Shown: positions 47,832 through 58,411, numbered from the stretch's first letter. The stretch: 63,912 nucleotides of DNA from Thermoanaerobaculia bacterium (GCA_038245905.1 JBBRRY010000022.1:1-63912), one strand, 5' to 3'. Notes: generated from the sequence alone by a model not told the origin. Program-made: numbers and translations.

Positions 47832-49012
47832 GCGCGGGCCTCCGCCGGGGAAATGGGGCGTGCCGCGCGCGCGGCCTTCTTCGCCCGGGTTCGCGTGACG
47901 AAAACGAGCGCGAGCACGAAACCGCCGCACAGGATCCAGGCGAGCACCTGAAGCCCGCGCCGGCCGTCCAGGGCGGCGATCGCGATGACGACGAGGTTCA
48001 CGAGCGCGATCGGAATGAGCGTCTTCCAGCCGAGGTCCATGAGCTGGTCGAAGCGGTAGCGAGGGAACGTGCCGCGGAACCAGATGTAGACGAGCATGAA
48101 GACGAAGATCTTGCCGAGGAACCATACGATTCCCGGGATCAGGTCGAGAAACGAGAGAGCCGAGACGCTCGGGAAAGGCCGCAGCCATCCTCCGAAAAAG
48201 AGCGTCGTCGCGATGGCCGAAACCGTGACCATGTTCGCGTACTCGCCGAGGAAGAAGAACGACCACTTGATGCCCGAGTACTCCGTATGGAATCCGGCGA
48301 CGAGCTCGCTCTCGGCCTCCGGAAGGTCGAAGGGCACGCGGTTCGTTTCGGCGACTCCCGAGAGGAAGTAGAGAAAGAACGCGACGAGGCCCGGAAAGAC
48401 GAACCACAGGTGCATCCGCCGCTGCGCCTCGATGATCTCGACGAGCGAGAGGGAGCGGGACATGAGGATCACGGACACGACCGCGAAGCCCATCGGTACC
48501 TCGTAGCTGATGAGCTGCGCCGCAGAGCGGAGCCCCCCGAGGAGCGCGTACTTCGAGTTCGAGGCCCAGCCCGCCAGGATGACTCCGTAGATTCCGATCG
48601 AGGTGACGGCGAGGATGAAGAGGAGGCCCACGTTCAGGTCGGCGGCGTAGGCGCCCGTCGTGATCTTTCCGATGCCGGGCACGCGAAACGTGAACTCGGG
48701 TCCCCAGGGAATCACGGCGAAGACCGTGAGGGCGGGGACGACGACGAGGACCGGCGCGAGGTAGTGGATCAGATGCTCGGCCTTCGCCGGAACGACGTCT
48801 TCCTTGAACAGGAGCTTGACGGTGTCGGCGACCCACTGGAGCGAGCCTTCCCAGCCGACCCGGTTCGGCCCCTTGCGGACCTGGAGAAACGCGAGCGAGC
48901 GACGCTCGATGATCGTGAGGACGCCGGACATGACCGCCATGACGTTCACGATCACGATCGCCTTCACGACCGGGATGAGGACGTTGTTCAGGAGACTCGG
49001 GGAGATTTCCAT
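47828..49012 (-). CDS. nuoH: NADH-quinone oxidoreductase subunit H
   Basis: Q.RKGPNRVG, AETNRVPFDLPEAESELVAGFHTEYS and PRYRFDQ. Confidence 0.95.
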   Translation of the reverse strand: MEISPSLLNNVLIPVVKAIVIVNVMAVMSGVLTIIERRSLAFLQVRKGPNRVGWEGSLQWVADTVKLLFKEDVVPAKAEHLIHYLAPVLVVVPALTVFAVIPWGPEFTFRVPGIGKITTGAYAADLNVGLLFILAVTSIGIYGVILAGWASNSKYALLGGLRSAAQLISYEVPMGFAVVSVILMSRSLSLVEIIEAQRRMHLWFVFPGLVAFFLYFLSGVAETNRVPFDLPEAESELVAGFHTEYSGIKWSFFFLGEYANMVTVSAIATTLFFGGWLRPFPSVSALSFLDLIPGIVWFLGKIFVFMLVYIWFRGTFPRYRFDQLMDLGWKTLIPIALVNLVVIAIAALDGRRGLQVLAWILCGGFVLALVFVTRTRAKKAARAARPISPAEARA

Positions 49013-50172
49013 CAGCGGTCGACCTCGCCGAGAACAATATCGATCGTTCCGATCACCGCAACGAGGTCCGAGACGAGGTGCCCCTTCGCCATCTCAGGCA
49101 ACGCCTGGAGATTGATGAAGCTCGGCGGCCTGACGTGGAGCCGATACGGCTTGTTCGTCCCGTTCGAGACGAGGTAGAAGCCGAGCTCGCCCTTCGGCGC
49201 CTCGACCGCCGCGTACGCCTCGCCGGCCGGCGGCTTGATCACGCGCGGCGTCTTCCCGCGGATCGGCCCCTCCGGGTTCTTCTCCAGCCAGTCGCAACAC
49301 TGGAGGACGATGCGCCGGCTCTGCCGGAGCTCGGCCATCCGCACGAGGTAGCGGTCGTACGTGTCGGCGTTCTGGTAGGTCGGGATCTCGAAGTCCAGCT
49401 CCGGATAGCACTCGTAGGGAATCGCGCGCCGGATGTCCCACTTGACGCCGGCAGCGCGAAGGGGCGGGCCCGTGACGCCCATCTCGATGCAGCGCTCGGC
49501 GTTCAAGATGCCGACGCCGATCGTCCGGAGCTTCCAGATGCGGTTCTCGGTGAGGAGCTCCTCGTACTCGTCGACACGCGCCTCGAAGGGCTCCGCGAAG
49601 TCGCGGACCTTCTGGATCCAGCCCGGCGTGAGATCCTCGAGAAGGCCGCCGATCCGCATGCAGTGGAGAGTCAGCCGCGCTCCGCAGTACTCCTCGAACA
49701 GGTCGAGGATCACCTCGCGCTCGCGGAACGTGTAGAAGAACGGCGTCATCGCGCCGAGGTCGATCCCGGCCGTCGCGAGCCAAAGGAGGTGCGACGAGAT
49801 GCGCTGCATCTCGTCGAGAAGCACGCGGATGTACTGCGCGCGCTTGGGGATCTCGAGGCCCAGAAGCTTCTCGACTGTCAGGCAGTATGCGTGGTTGTTC
49901 GTGGCTGCCGCGACGTAGTCCAGCCGGTCCGTGTGCGGAATGACCATCGGATACGTCTCGGTCTCGAAGAGCTTCTCGGTGCCTCGGTGCAGATATCCGA
50001 TCTCGGGGCGCGCCGAAACGATGCGTTCGCCGTCGACCTTCAGGATGATGCGCAGGACGCCGTGCGTGGACGGATGCTGCGGCCCGAAATTCAGCTCCAT
50101 CTCCCGAAGGCCGAGGAGCGTGTGATCGTCCTCTTCGAGCGTCGGTCCTCCGGTTCCCACGGGCGCGCTCAC
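49012..50172 (-). CDS. nuoD: NADH-quinone oxidoreductase subunit D
   Basis: NFGPQHPSTHGVLR, GYLHRGTEK, DRLDY and DIVLGEVDR. Confidence 0.95.
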   Translation of the reverse strand: MSAPVGTGGPTLEEDDHTLLGLREMELNFGPQHPSTHGVLRIILKVDGERIVSARPEIGYLHRGTEKLFETETYPMVIPHTDRLDYVAAATNNHAYCLTVEKLLGLEIPKRAQYIRVLLDEMQRISSHLLWLATAGIDLGAMTPFFYTFREREVILDLFEEYCGARLTLHCMRIGGLLEDLTPGWIQKVRDFAEPFEARVDEYEELLTENRIWKLRTIGVGILNAERCIEMGVTGPPLRAAGVKWDIRRAIPYECYPELDFEIPTYQNADTYDRYLVRMAELRQSRRIVLQCCDWLEKNPEGPIRGKTPRVIKPPAGEAYAAVEAPKGELGFYLVSNGTNKPYRLHVRPPSFINLQALPEMAKGHLVSDLVAVIGTIDIVLGEVDR

Positions 50173-50807
50173 GAAAGCGTCTTCCTGTTCGGATCGTCTG
50201 GCGCGGGTCCGCCGCCGTCGGGATACCGGTCGGGATAGATGGCCGCTCCCGTGTCGATTCCCTCGACCGGGAAGTCCTTCCGGAGCGGATGGCCGTTGAA
50301 GCCTTCCCACGTGAGGATGCGGCGGAGGTCGGGGTGGTCCTTGAACGTGATGCCGAAGAGATCGAAGACCTCGCGCTCCATCCAGTTCGAGGTCTCGAAT
50401 ACCGCGGTCGCGGACGGGCAGGGCTCGCCCTCGCCGACCTTTACCTTCAGCCGGATCCGCTCGTTGCCGCGCTGAAACGAATGCAGGTAATAGACGACGT
50501 CGAACCGGGGCTGCCGGTCCTTCCAGTCGACCGCCGTGAGATCGACGAGATACGAGAACGATTCGTTCTTGAAGTGGCGCAGCGCGTCAAGAAGCTTGTC
50601 CAACGCCACGTCCACCGTGGTCTCGCCGACGAATTCCTTCGCGGAAAGCACGGCGTCCGGCACGGCGGCCGCGAGGCCGAGGACGAGCGGCTTCTGGGAC
50701 GCGTCGGTGGCGACGGGGCCCTTCTTGACGGCCGCGGCCGGAGCCGGGGCGGGTTTGGGCGGGGCCGCGCCCGGCGCGGCGCCCTCCTTCGGCGTTTCGT
50801 CAGCCAC
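50169..50807 (-). CDS. nuoC: NADH-quinone oxidoreductase subunit C
   Basis: WMEREVFDLFGI...HPDLRRIL...GHPLRKDFP. Confidence 0.95.
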   Translation of the reverse strand: MADETPKEGAAPGAAPPKPAPAPAAAVKKGPVATDASQKPLVLGLAAAVPDAVLSAKEFVGETTVDVALDKLLDALRHFKNESFSYLVDLTAVDWKDRQPRFDVVYYLHSFQRGNERIRLKVKVGEGEPCPSATAVFETSNWMEREVFDLFGITFKDHPDLRRILTWEGFNGHPLRKDFPVEGIDTGAAIYPDRYPDGGGPAPDDPNRKTLS

Positions 50808-50831
50808 GCGCGCGAACCTTCACGTTTTCCG

Positions 50832-51307
<476 letters not shown>

Positions 51308-51308
<1 letters not shown>

Positions 51309-51664
51309 CAGGCCCACGTGAGTGCCCCCCGTCTCCAGGCGTATACGTATCCGACCACGAGAATCACGAGAAAGACCAGCATCTCGACGAGTCCGAAAAG
51401 CCTCAACCGGTGATACATGACCGCCCACGGGAAGAGAAAGATCGTCTCCACGTCGAAGACGACGAAGAGGACCGCGATGAGGTAATAGCGCACGGAAAAC
51501 CGGTGATCGAAGGCTTCGGTCGGCGCCGCGATCCCGCATTCGTATGGCGAGAGCTTCGTCGGGGTGGGCTTGGAGGGTCTCACGAACGACAGCAGGCCGA
51601 TCGCGGCCACGGGCAGCAGCGCCGCCATGACTGCAAAGTACAGAATCGGCAGGTAGTTCGCCAT
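51308..51664 (-). CDS. nuoA: NADH-quinone oxidoreductase subunit A
   Basis: [17 protein letters not shown] and [10 protein letters not shown]. The start is 51664 or 51673. Confidence 0.93.
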
Positions 51665-51736
51665 GGACGGCATTCTGACGCGCTCCTCGCGGGACCGTTC
51701 CGCTCGCTCGAAACCCTCTTCCGGACGGTCGCGGCG

Positions 51737-51765
51737 ATTCTCTTTCCGCGTCTCTTTTATGTCAA
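51737..51765 (-). promoter_or_regulatory. Sigma-70 promoter of the nuo operon
   Basis: Perfect TTGACA (51765-51760), 17 nt, GAGAAT (51742-51737). Confidence 0.7.
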
Positions 51766-52941
51766 TCAATGCGATTGCACTAGACGGGGCCAGGCGACAA
51801 GGGTGTCTGACACCGACGAGCCGCGCGAGGCCAGCAGGACGCGGATCGACTCGCCCATCCCGCCCGGCGCTACGAGCCGCGCGATCGCGTTGCGCTCGGC
51901 CGCACGCGCGGCCGAATCAGGCTGATCCGGGTCGTCCTCCAGCTCGGCGCCAAGGCCGGCCGCAGACAGGACGCGCGCCTGGCTCACCGGCCCCTCGACG
52001 TCCAGGCCGGCGGCCGCGAGGGCCTCATGAAGCTCCGTGAAGTCCACCCATGCCGTGATGTCCCGTTCGCCCGGATCCACGAGGGCATCGCGCGTCACGT
52101 GATGCGCGTGGAAGGCCTCGAGGGTCCCGTTCGGGCGGGCCGCAGAGTAAAGCGCGCGGGCAGGCGCCCCGTAGTCGAAGACGAGGAGCAGGCCACGGGA
52201 AAGACGCTCGGCCAACGCCCTAGCGAGACGAGCGGCGCCGGCGCGGATTTCCAGCTTCTGATTTCTTTGAAGGTGAATACCGCGCCGGCGAAGCGCGTCG
52301 AGGATCGAGCTGGCGTCCGCGCAGGGCGTTCGGATCCACTCAAACGTGCCATCCGGAGCCAGCGTCACCCGCCGCTCCAGCAACTCTTCACCATCGAAGA
52401 AAAGCGCCCTCACCGGGAGCGCATCGAAGAGCTCGTAGGCGACGAGGAGACCCCGGACGGAAGAGATTTCTTCGAATGAAGAAAGCCAAGTAGCGCTGGG
52501 ACACTTCTCCGCGGCGATCTTGCGGCGCGCGACGGAACGCTCGACCCCGATGAGGCGGAATTCCTCGCGGATGCCCCACGCCCGCAGCGCCTCGTCCGCG
52601 GCGGCCAGCAGCTCCCCTTCCCCAGCCCCGACGTCCATGAGATCCGTCGCCTCGCGACTGCCCGCCGAAAATCTCTTTCCCTCTTCCCCCTTCAAAGAAA
52701 TCTTCTCTTCGTCTTTCTCTTCCCTGACTCTCCGCGCAATCCGCGCAATCGTCCGCCCGAAAGCCGGATGCCAGCTGGGTCCGGTCACGAAGTCGCCCGC
52801 GCGCCCCACGCGCCCCGGACGCTCGTAATAGCCGCCGGCCGGGTCGTAGAGCGCGGCCTCCTGGAAGACGTCGAACCTCAGGGGCCCTTCGCGCCGAATC
52901 AGATCCGCGAGGCGCGCCGCGAGATCCGACGATTCCCTCAC
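51766..52941 (-). CDS. MidA/NDUFAF7-family SAM-dependent methyltransferase
   Basis: GPLRFD.F...[43 protein letters not shown] and MGE. The GTG start overlaps the gmd stop. Confidence 0.88.
   Translation of the reverse strand: MRESSDLAARLADLIRREGPLRFDVFQEAALYDPAGGYYERPGRVGRAGDFVTGPSWHPAFGRTIARIARRVREEKDEEKISLKGEEGKRFSAGSREATDLMDVGAGEGELLAAADEALRAWGIREEFRLIGVERSVARRKIAAEKCPSATWLSSFEEISSVRGLLVAYELFDALPVRALFFDGEELLERRVTLAPDGTFEWIRTPCADASSILDALRRRGIHLQRNQKLEIRAGAARLARALAERLSRGLLLVFDYGAPARALYSAARPNGTLEAFHAHHVTRDALVDPGERDITAWVDFTELHEALAAAGLDVEGPVSQARVLSAAGLGAELEDDPDQPDSAARAAERNAIARLVAPGGMGESIRVLLASRGSSVSDTLVAWPRLVQSH
52260..52277 (+). repeat. Dispersed motif, 18-bp copy antisense within the methyltransferase gene
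   Basis: GATTTCTTTGAAGGTGAA. Confidence 0.8.
52689..52705 (-). repeat. Dispersed motif, 17-bp copy sense within the methyltransferase gene
   Basis: The reverse complement reads GAAGATTTCTTTGAAGG. Confidence 0.8.
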
Positions 52942-54002
52942 GCCGGCCGCGAGGCCCGAGATTCCTGCCGGGCCTTGTCGAGGTCGGCGTCCGTCATCAT
53001 GTCGACGAGACCCGCGAAGGACACGCGCGGCGCCCATCCAAGCTCACGGGCCGCCTTCGACGCGTCTCCGAGCAGAACGTCGACCTCCGCCGGACGGTAA
53101 TACCGAGGGTCCACGCGCACGCGCACGGTGCCGTCCGCCTCGGCGCCGGTCTCCTCCGGGCCGGAGCCAGACCACACAAGCGGCCGGCCCGCCCGCCCGA
53201 AAGAGCGGCCTGCGAACTCGCGTACGGTGTGCGTTTCGCCCGTCGCGACGACGTAATCCCCCGGCTCGTCTTTCTGAAGCATCCGCCACATCGCGTCGAC
53301 GTAGTCGCCCGCGAATCCCCAGTCGCGCTTCGCCTCGAGGTTTCCGAGGTAGAGGACTCCCTGAAGTCCCTGCACGATCCGTCCCACCGCCCGCGTGATC
53401 TTGCGTGTCACGAACGTCTCCCCGCGGCGCGGGGATTCGTGGTTGAACAGGATGCCGCTCGAGGCGTGGAGCCCGTAGGACTCGCGGTAGTTCACCGTGA
53501 TCCCGTGGGCGTAAACCTTCGCGACGCCATAGGGAGAGCGGGGGTGGAACGGCGTCGACTCGCGCTGCGGCGTCTCGGCGACGGCCCCGAACATCTCGGA
53601 CGAGGACGCCTGATAGAAGCGCGGACGAATACCCAGCTCCCGAATGGCCTCGAGAATCCGCGTCACTCCGACCGCGGTGACCTCGGCCGTGTATTCCGGA
53701 ATGTCGAAGGACACCTTCACGTGGCTCTGGGCCCCGAGGTTGTAGATCTCGTGCGGCGCGGCGACGCGCAGGACGCGGTTCAGGGAGGATGCGTCGTTCA
53801 GGTCGCCGAAATGAAGCACGAGGTTCCGCTTCGGGACGTGCGGATCCTGGTAGAGATGATCGAGGCGCTCGGTATTGAAGGACGAGGAGCGCCGGATGAT
53901 CCCGTGCACCTCGTAACCCTTCGCGAGGAGGAGCTCCGCGAGATAGCTGCCGTCCTGACCGGTGATTCCCGTCAGAAGGGCGCGCCTGGGCGAGTCGTTC
54001 AT
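52938..54002 (-). CDS. gmd: GDP-mannose 4,6-dehydratase
   Basis: [28 protein letters not shown] and [16 protein letters not shown]. Confidence 0.97.
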   Translation of the reverse strand: MNDSPRRALLTGITGQDGSYLAELLLAKGYEVHGIIRRSSSFNTERLDHLYQDPHVPKRNLVLHFGDLNDASSLNRVLRVAAPHEIYNLGAQSHVKVSFDIPEYTAEVTAVGVTRILEAIRELGIRPRFYQASSSEMFGAVAETPQRESTPFHPRSPYGVAKVYAHGITVNYRESYGLHASSGILFNHESPRRGETFVTRKITRAVGRIVQGLQGVLYLGNLEAKRDWGFAGDYVDAMWRMLQKDEPGDYVVATGETHTVREFAGRSFGRAGRPLVWSGSGPEETGAEADGTVRVRVDPRYYRPAEVDVLLGDASKAARELGWAPRVSFAGLVDMMTDADLDKARQESRASRPA

Positions 54003-54023
54003 CGACAGAGTCTAAAGGAGGCC

Positions 54024-55769
54024 TCAGCCCGCATGAGGCATCTCGAGGGGGCGCTCGCGGCGGAGGAGCACCCAGTCGCCGTTCTCGGCGAGCGCTTCCT
54101 TCCCGAGCTCGAGAAGGGTGGCCGGCGCTTCGCCTGGCTCGGGGGCCGCGAGACCGGCGCGAGCCGCGAGGAAAAAGGACAGCATCCGGCCGTACCGGCG
54201 CGCGAGCGCCCCGTGCGCCCGTTTCTCGTTCGCGTAGTGCAGCAGGCCTCCGAGCACGGCCGCGAGAGCGACCACGAACACCAGGACCTCGAAAGGGCGT
54301 CCGGACACGAACGGCTCGAGCTTTTCGACGCCGAAGAGGCGGCGGGCGACGGCCGCCAGGCCCCAGAGCCCGGCCGTGCCGACGCTGACCGACAGAGCGA
54401 TACGCGCTCCGCGCCGCAGCGCTTCGTGGCTCTTGCGATGGTCCTCCCCGCGCGCGCGGTAGTAGGAGACCTCACGTTCGATCCAGTCGTCGAACACGCG
54501 CGAAAGGCGGGGTGGTGAACAGGGAGCCGTCGTGAGACCGAAGTACCGGACCGCGTTACGGATCCAGTCGAGGTCGCTCCGCTGCTTGCGCAGGTAGTGG
54601 TCCGCGGCCGCGTTCGGCAGGCCCGCGAGCCTCCAGAAAAACTGCACGCGAAGACCTTCGGCCACGGCGCGGTAATCCTGGAAGCGGTCCTCGAGGCGTA
54701 GCCGGCGGGCCACGCCCCACACGATCCCGGCCAGGACGAGGAACAGAAGGTGCGCGCAAAGGGATCCCGTGCGCAGACGCTCGCGCCCCTCGGAGAGATG
54801 GGCAAATACTTCGAAGGCCGCCGCCGCGAGGAACGCGTTCCCGCACAGGAGAAGGAGCGTGACGGACGTGAGCCGCGAGAACCGGGCCGCGAGGCGGTCC
54901 GTCCGGTCGAAAAACTCGTGCAGGGGCAGGAGGTCGGCCGGAAGGTCGCGCCCGTCGATCGGTACCGGGGCGGCCGCCCCCCACCTCTCGAGGGCGGCGT
55001 TGAATCCGTCGACGTGGCGCTGGATCTCCTCGTTGCGCGCGTCGAACGCCACGGCCGCTTCCCCGGACATGTCGTCCGGACGAAGCAGGCGGCGCTCGCC
55101 GACCGACCCGTCGACCGCGTCGTTCTCGCCGTTCGGCGTGAGAATGTGATGGATCACGCCGCATTCGGCGTGGTCCAGCGGATTCCGCCGCGTCCGGAAC
55201 GGTTCTTCGTCCGCCTCGATGCGTGTCTCGAGCCGCGGCGCCAGATCGAGCCGTCCCGTTCGCTTGAACGCGACGACCTGAGCCGTGCCTCCCGGCTCGG
55301 CGGAGGGCTTGCCGTTCCAGAGCGCGATGAGGATGTGACAGTTGCGCGCAAGAAATGTCCCCATCCGCAGGTACTGGAGCTTCCGGTCGTCCGAGGACGC
55401 CGCCGCGACGCTCTCGGCCGTCGAGCCGGGTAGGAGCGGCACCTCGAGCGTCCGGACGCCTTCCTGCTCGACGAAGCCTTCGAAGGCAACGCGCGCACCG
55501 CCGCGAAAATCCCTCTCGTAAAGGGCGCGCGACATTGGAAGGATGACGATCAGGGAGGCCCCCTTCTCGCGTCCGATGCGCGCCACGAGCTGGTCCGCAC
55601 CTTCGGCACACGGCGAGAGAAGGACGAGCGGGGTCATCGGGCAATCGGCCTTGAGCGCGTCGAAGATCGCGCCGACGGCAGCCTCGAGCGCGGGTACGTC
55701 CTGAGAACGGATCGCCCGGTGGCCGCTTACGCCGACGACGAGCGGCAGGGGACCGGTCTTCGCGATCAT
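54024..55769 (-). CDS. SLOG domain plus four-TM SLATT/DUF4231-like protein
   Basis: N-terminal VGVSGHR, LSPCAEGADQL, LP...YERDF, LIALWNG...GGTAQVV; two TM hairpins followed by DYRAVAEGLR and EALAENGDW. Confidence 0.75.
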   Translation of the reverse strand: MIAKTGPLPLVVGVSGHRAIRSQDVPALEAAVGAIFDALKADCPMTPLVLLSPCAEGADQLVARIGREKGASLIVILPMSRALYERDFRGGARVAFEGFVEQEGVRTLEVPLLPGSTAESVAAASSDDRKLQYLRMGTFLARNCHILIALWNGKPSAEPGGTAQVVAFKRTGRLDLAPRLETRIEADEEPFRTRRNPLDHAECGVIHHILTPNGENDAVDGSVGERRLLRPDDMSGEAAVAFDARNEEIQRHVDGFNAALERWGAAAPVPIDGRDLPADLLPLHEFFDRTDRLAARFSRLTSVTLLLLCGNAFLAAAAFEVFAHLSEGRERLRTGSLCAHLLFLVLAGIVWGVARRLRLEDRFQDYRAVAEGLRVQFFWRLAGLPNAAADHYLRKQRSDLDWIRNAVRYFGLTTAPCSPPRLSRVFDDWIEREVSYYRARGEDHRKSHEALRRGARIALSVSVGTAGLWGLAAVARRLFGVEKLEPFVSGRPFEVLVFVVALAAVLGGLLHYANEKRAHGALARRYGRMLSFFLAARAGLAAPEPGEAPATLLELGKEALAENGDWVLLRRERPLEMPHAG

Positions 55770-55791
55770 TCCGCGCGTTTCGCCGACGGGC

Positions 55792-56919
55792 TCACTCGGC
55801 CCTTTTCGAGAGCCAGGCGACCGCACCGAGTGAGAGCGCGGGAAGGGCCGCCGCGCGCACGACGGCCAGCGTCAGGTCCCATCGGTTGGACGCCGCGAGA
55901 TGGCGCCTCCAGTTCGAGGAGAGGAGGAGCGTCCCCATCGTCAGGACCGTCCACACGGCCACGACGAGGAGCGTGTGGCGCGCGGTGGTTCCGAGGACGG
56001 CGAGACCGCCCGGCTTCCGGCTCTCGGCCCGACGCGCCCCGGCCAGGAGCGCGAGCGACGCCAGCAACCCGAAGATCTCGACGGCGAAGTTCAACACGCG
56101 GGTGAACGGGAAGAGCGAGAAAAAATACGCGGCTTCCGAGCCGCGGGGCGGGAAAAACGTCTCGACGAGGAACCAGAGATTCCAGAGGACGCCGAAGGCG
56201 CCCACTCCGTAGCCCGCCAGGATCGAGAAGCGCGGCAGGACCTCGGGAGCCGGGGCCCCGAGGCGGTCTCCGCCGAAGAGGAACCCGAACGCGCGCAGGA
56301 ATCGCTCCTCGTACGCGGGGAAAGCGGCAAAGAGGCGAGGCGCCTTCCGGCGGACGATCCTCCCTGCAGCCGAGACGACTCCCGAGAGAGCCGCGAGAAT
56401 GTCCGTGTTGCCGGGAAGGCCCGCGGACGGGGCACCGTTCGAAGGCGTCGCCCCGGAGACCGCGGGCGCGACGTATGCGGGCGGCCTCAGCGGCTGCGTC
56501 TTCTCGGCGAGCGCCCGACGCTCGAGAAGCAGGCGAATCGTGTCGGCGAGCTGGCCGAGGTGCGACTCGACGGGAGGCGACATCGCATCGAGCCAGTGGG
56601 GCGTCGAGATGAAGTACTCGAGCGACTTCGTGGGCGTCACGTTCTCGATGCGAAAAGGCACGATGAGACGGCTCTTGTTCACGGCCCGCTCGACCTCGCG
56701 CTTGATCTGCGGCGATTCGTTCGCGCCGGACGAGAAGACGAGAAGGAAGACGTAACAATTCTCGATGGCGTCGATGATCGACTCGCTCCAGTCCATGCCG
56801 GACAGGATGTCCCGAGGCGCCATCCAGCATCGGATGCCGCGCGCCTCGAGGAACGCGCAGGCCGCATCCGCGGTCGGCTTGTCCCGCGACGCGTAACTGA
56901 TGAACACGTCATGCCCCAT
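55792..56919 (-). CDS. TIR domain protein with about four C-terminal TM helices
   Basis: DVFISYAS.D, W.APRDI..G, S..IKREVERA (catalytic-type Glu), IVPFRIE and HWLDA; hydrophobic C-terminal segments. Confidence 0.88.
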   Translation of the reverse strand: MGHDVFISYASRDKPTADAACAFLEARGIRCWMAPRDILSGMDWSESIIDAIENCYVFLLVFSSGANESPQIKREVERAVNKSRLIVPFRIENVTPTKSLEYFISTPHWLDAMSPPVESHLGQLADTIRLLLERRALAEKTQPLRPPAYVAPAVSGATPSNGAPSAGLPGNTDILAALSGVVSAAGRIVRRKAPRLFAAFPAYEERFLRAFGFLFGGDRLGAPAPEVLPRFSILAGYGVGAFGVLWNLWFLVETFFPPRGSEAAYFFSLFPFTRVLNFAVEIFGLLASLALLAGARRAESRKPGGLAVLGTTARHTLLVVAVWTVLTMGTLLLSSNWRRHLAASNRWDLTLAVVRAAALPALSLGAVAWLSKRAE

Positions 56920-56935
56920 CGCCGTCTCGCTTCAC

Positions 56936-56970
56936 ATTCTAGACGGGGGTTGAGGTCCGCCCCCTATACT
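56936..56970. promoter_or_regulatory. Back-to-back -10 elements of a divergent promoter
   Basis: TAGAAT (minus, 56941-56936) and TATACT (plus, 56965-56970) in a 64-bp gap. Confidence 0.5.
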
Positions 56971-56983
56971 TCACGAACCCGTC

Positions 56984-58411
56984 ATGGAACTCCCGCTCGT
57001 TCTGGGCCTCGCGGGCGGCCGCGATCCCGATGAGGCGCAATCGGCCGGGCTCGAGGAAGCCGTGGGACGGCTCGCGTCCGACCTCCGCGCCCGGTTTCCC
57101 GGCGCGCCCTGGGTCGTCTCGACGACCGGGGCCAACGCGCTCGAAAAGCGGGCGGCGCGCGCTTTCGAGAAGGCCGGCCTTCGCGTCGTCACGCGCGACG
57201 CGGCCGGAGGACCGAACCGGCTCGCGGAGGACGGCCACCTCTTCGTGACCGTCGGGCGCGATGCCGCACTCGACGCCGCCGTGTCGGCGCGCCTCACGCC
57301 GGCGGTGGCGGCCTCCGCGACCCTTTCTCTCGACCCCCCTGCCCAGGGACCGGTCGTACGCTTTCGGAGGTCCGAGTCGGGTTGGACGGCAACCTGGGAG
57401 AACCCGGAGGCGAGCGCCTCCGCCGGGCGCAAGGGGCCCGCGCACGAGAAGATCTGGCGTCGCGTCGAGACATTCAACGCGGACGAGCGCAAAGGAGACC
57501 TTGTCCCGAGCGCCTCCCTGCTGCCGGAAGACGAGAGACTCACCCTTTCGCAGGATCTGGCCGCGCTCGACGACAGTTACCGCGTCGCCGACGCGCTCGC
57601 CCGGCGCTTCCAGAGACGGTCCCAGCACGCGCTCGGCGCTCTTCTCTTCCTCGCGATTCTCGCGACGTTTCTCCTGCAGGCCGGAGCGTTCGCGGGAGCC
57701 CGCAAGATGCTGTCTGGGGCGCTCTACGTGGCTTGTCTCGCGGGAGCATGGATCGTATTCCTCGTCGCGAAGAAGCTCGACCTCCGGACGAAATACCTGG
57801 ACTATCGGGCTCTTGCCGAGGGGCTCCGCGTCCAGTTCTTCTGGCGCCTGACCGCCGTCCCGGCGTCCGCGACGGACCACTACCTCCGGAAGCAGCGAAG
57901 CGAGATGGACTGGATACGGCACGCGCTGCGTGCGGTCGAGATCCTGAACCCCGGGGCCGGCGAGCACTCGCGGCTGCCGGCCGCGCGCGCCCATTGGCTC
58001 GAATCGGAGGCACGCTACTTCGCGTCCGCCGCGAAGGCGCACGACCAGAAGAACCGGCGTGTGCGGCGCATCAGCGCCGTCCTCTTCGTCGTCGCGCTCG
58101 CCCTCGCGTTTCTGAAACCCTTCCTCGATTCCGCTCACCCTCTCGTCGTGCTCGTCGGTCTCTGCCCCCTGACCGCGGCCTTCGTGAAATGGTGGTCCGA
58201 AAGGCGCGCGTTCGGACCCCTCGCGCACCAGTACGAGCGCATGGCGGTCCTTTTCGACGCGGCGGCGCGACAGGCCGGCCACGCTCTCGAGGGGCGACGT
58301 TTCGAGGACGCGCTCTCAGTGCTTCGAGAGGCCGGACGGGAGGCTCTCGCTGAGAACGGCGACTGGGTGCTCCTCCATCGCGAGCGGCCGATCCGGGTGC
58401 CGGGAGCATGA
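56984..58411 (+). CDS. Paralog of the SLOG-SLATT protein with a degenerate, shortened SLOG domain
   Basis: Has DYRALAEGLRVQFFWRL...DHYLRKQRS..DWIR and EALAENGDWVLL.RERP, nearly matching 54024-55769. Confidence 0.75.
   Translation: MELPLVLGLAGGRDPDEAQSAGLEEAVGRLASDLRARFPGAPWVVSTTGANALEKRAARAFEKAGLRVVTRDAAGGPNRLAEDGHLFVTVGRDAALDAAVSARLTPAVAASATLSLDPPAQGPVVRFRRSESGWTATWENPEASASAGRKGPAHEKIWRRVETFNADERKGDLVPSASLLPEDERLTLSQDLAALDDSYRVADALARRFQRRSQHALGALLFLAILATFLLQAGAFAGARKMLSGALYVACLAGAWIVFLVAKKLDLRTKYLDYRALAEGLRVQFFWRLTAVPASATDHYLRKQRSEMDWIRHALRAVEILNPGAGEHSRLPAARAHWLESEARYFASAAKAHDQKNRRVRRISAVLFVVALALAFLKPFLDSAHPLVVLVGLCPLTAAFVKWWSERRAFGPLAHQYERMAVLFDAAARQAGHALEGRRFEDALSVLREAGREALAENGDWVLLHRERPIRVPGA

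Noticed and set aside
52260-52705. MITE bounded by the inverted motif copies
   Set aside because: The interior encodes conserved methyltransferase motifs in frame, and no target-site duplication was seen.
54540-57920. Long-range inverted similarity as an invertible element
   Set aside because: It is explained by the two oppositely oriented paralogs; the matches are interrupted and there is no recombinase nearby.
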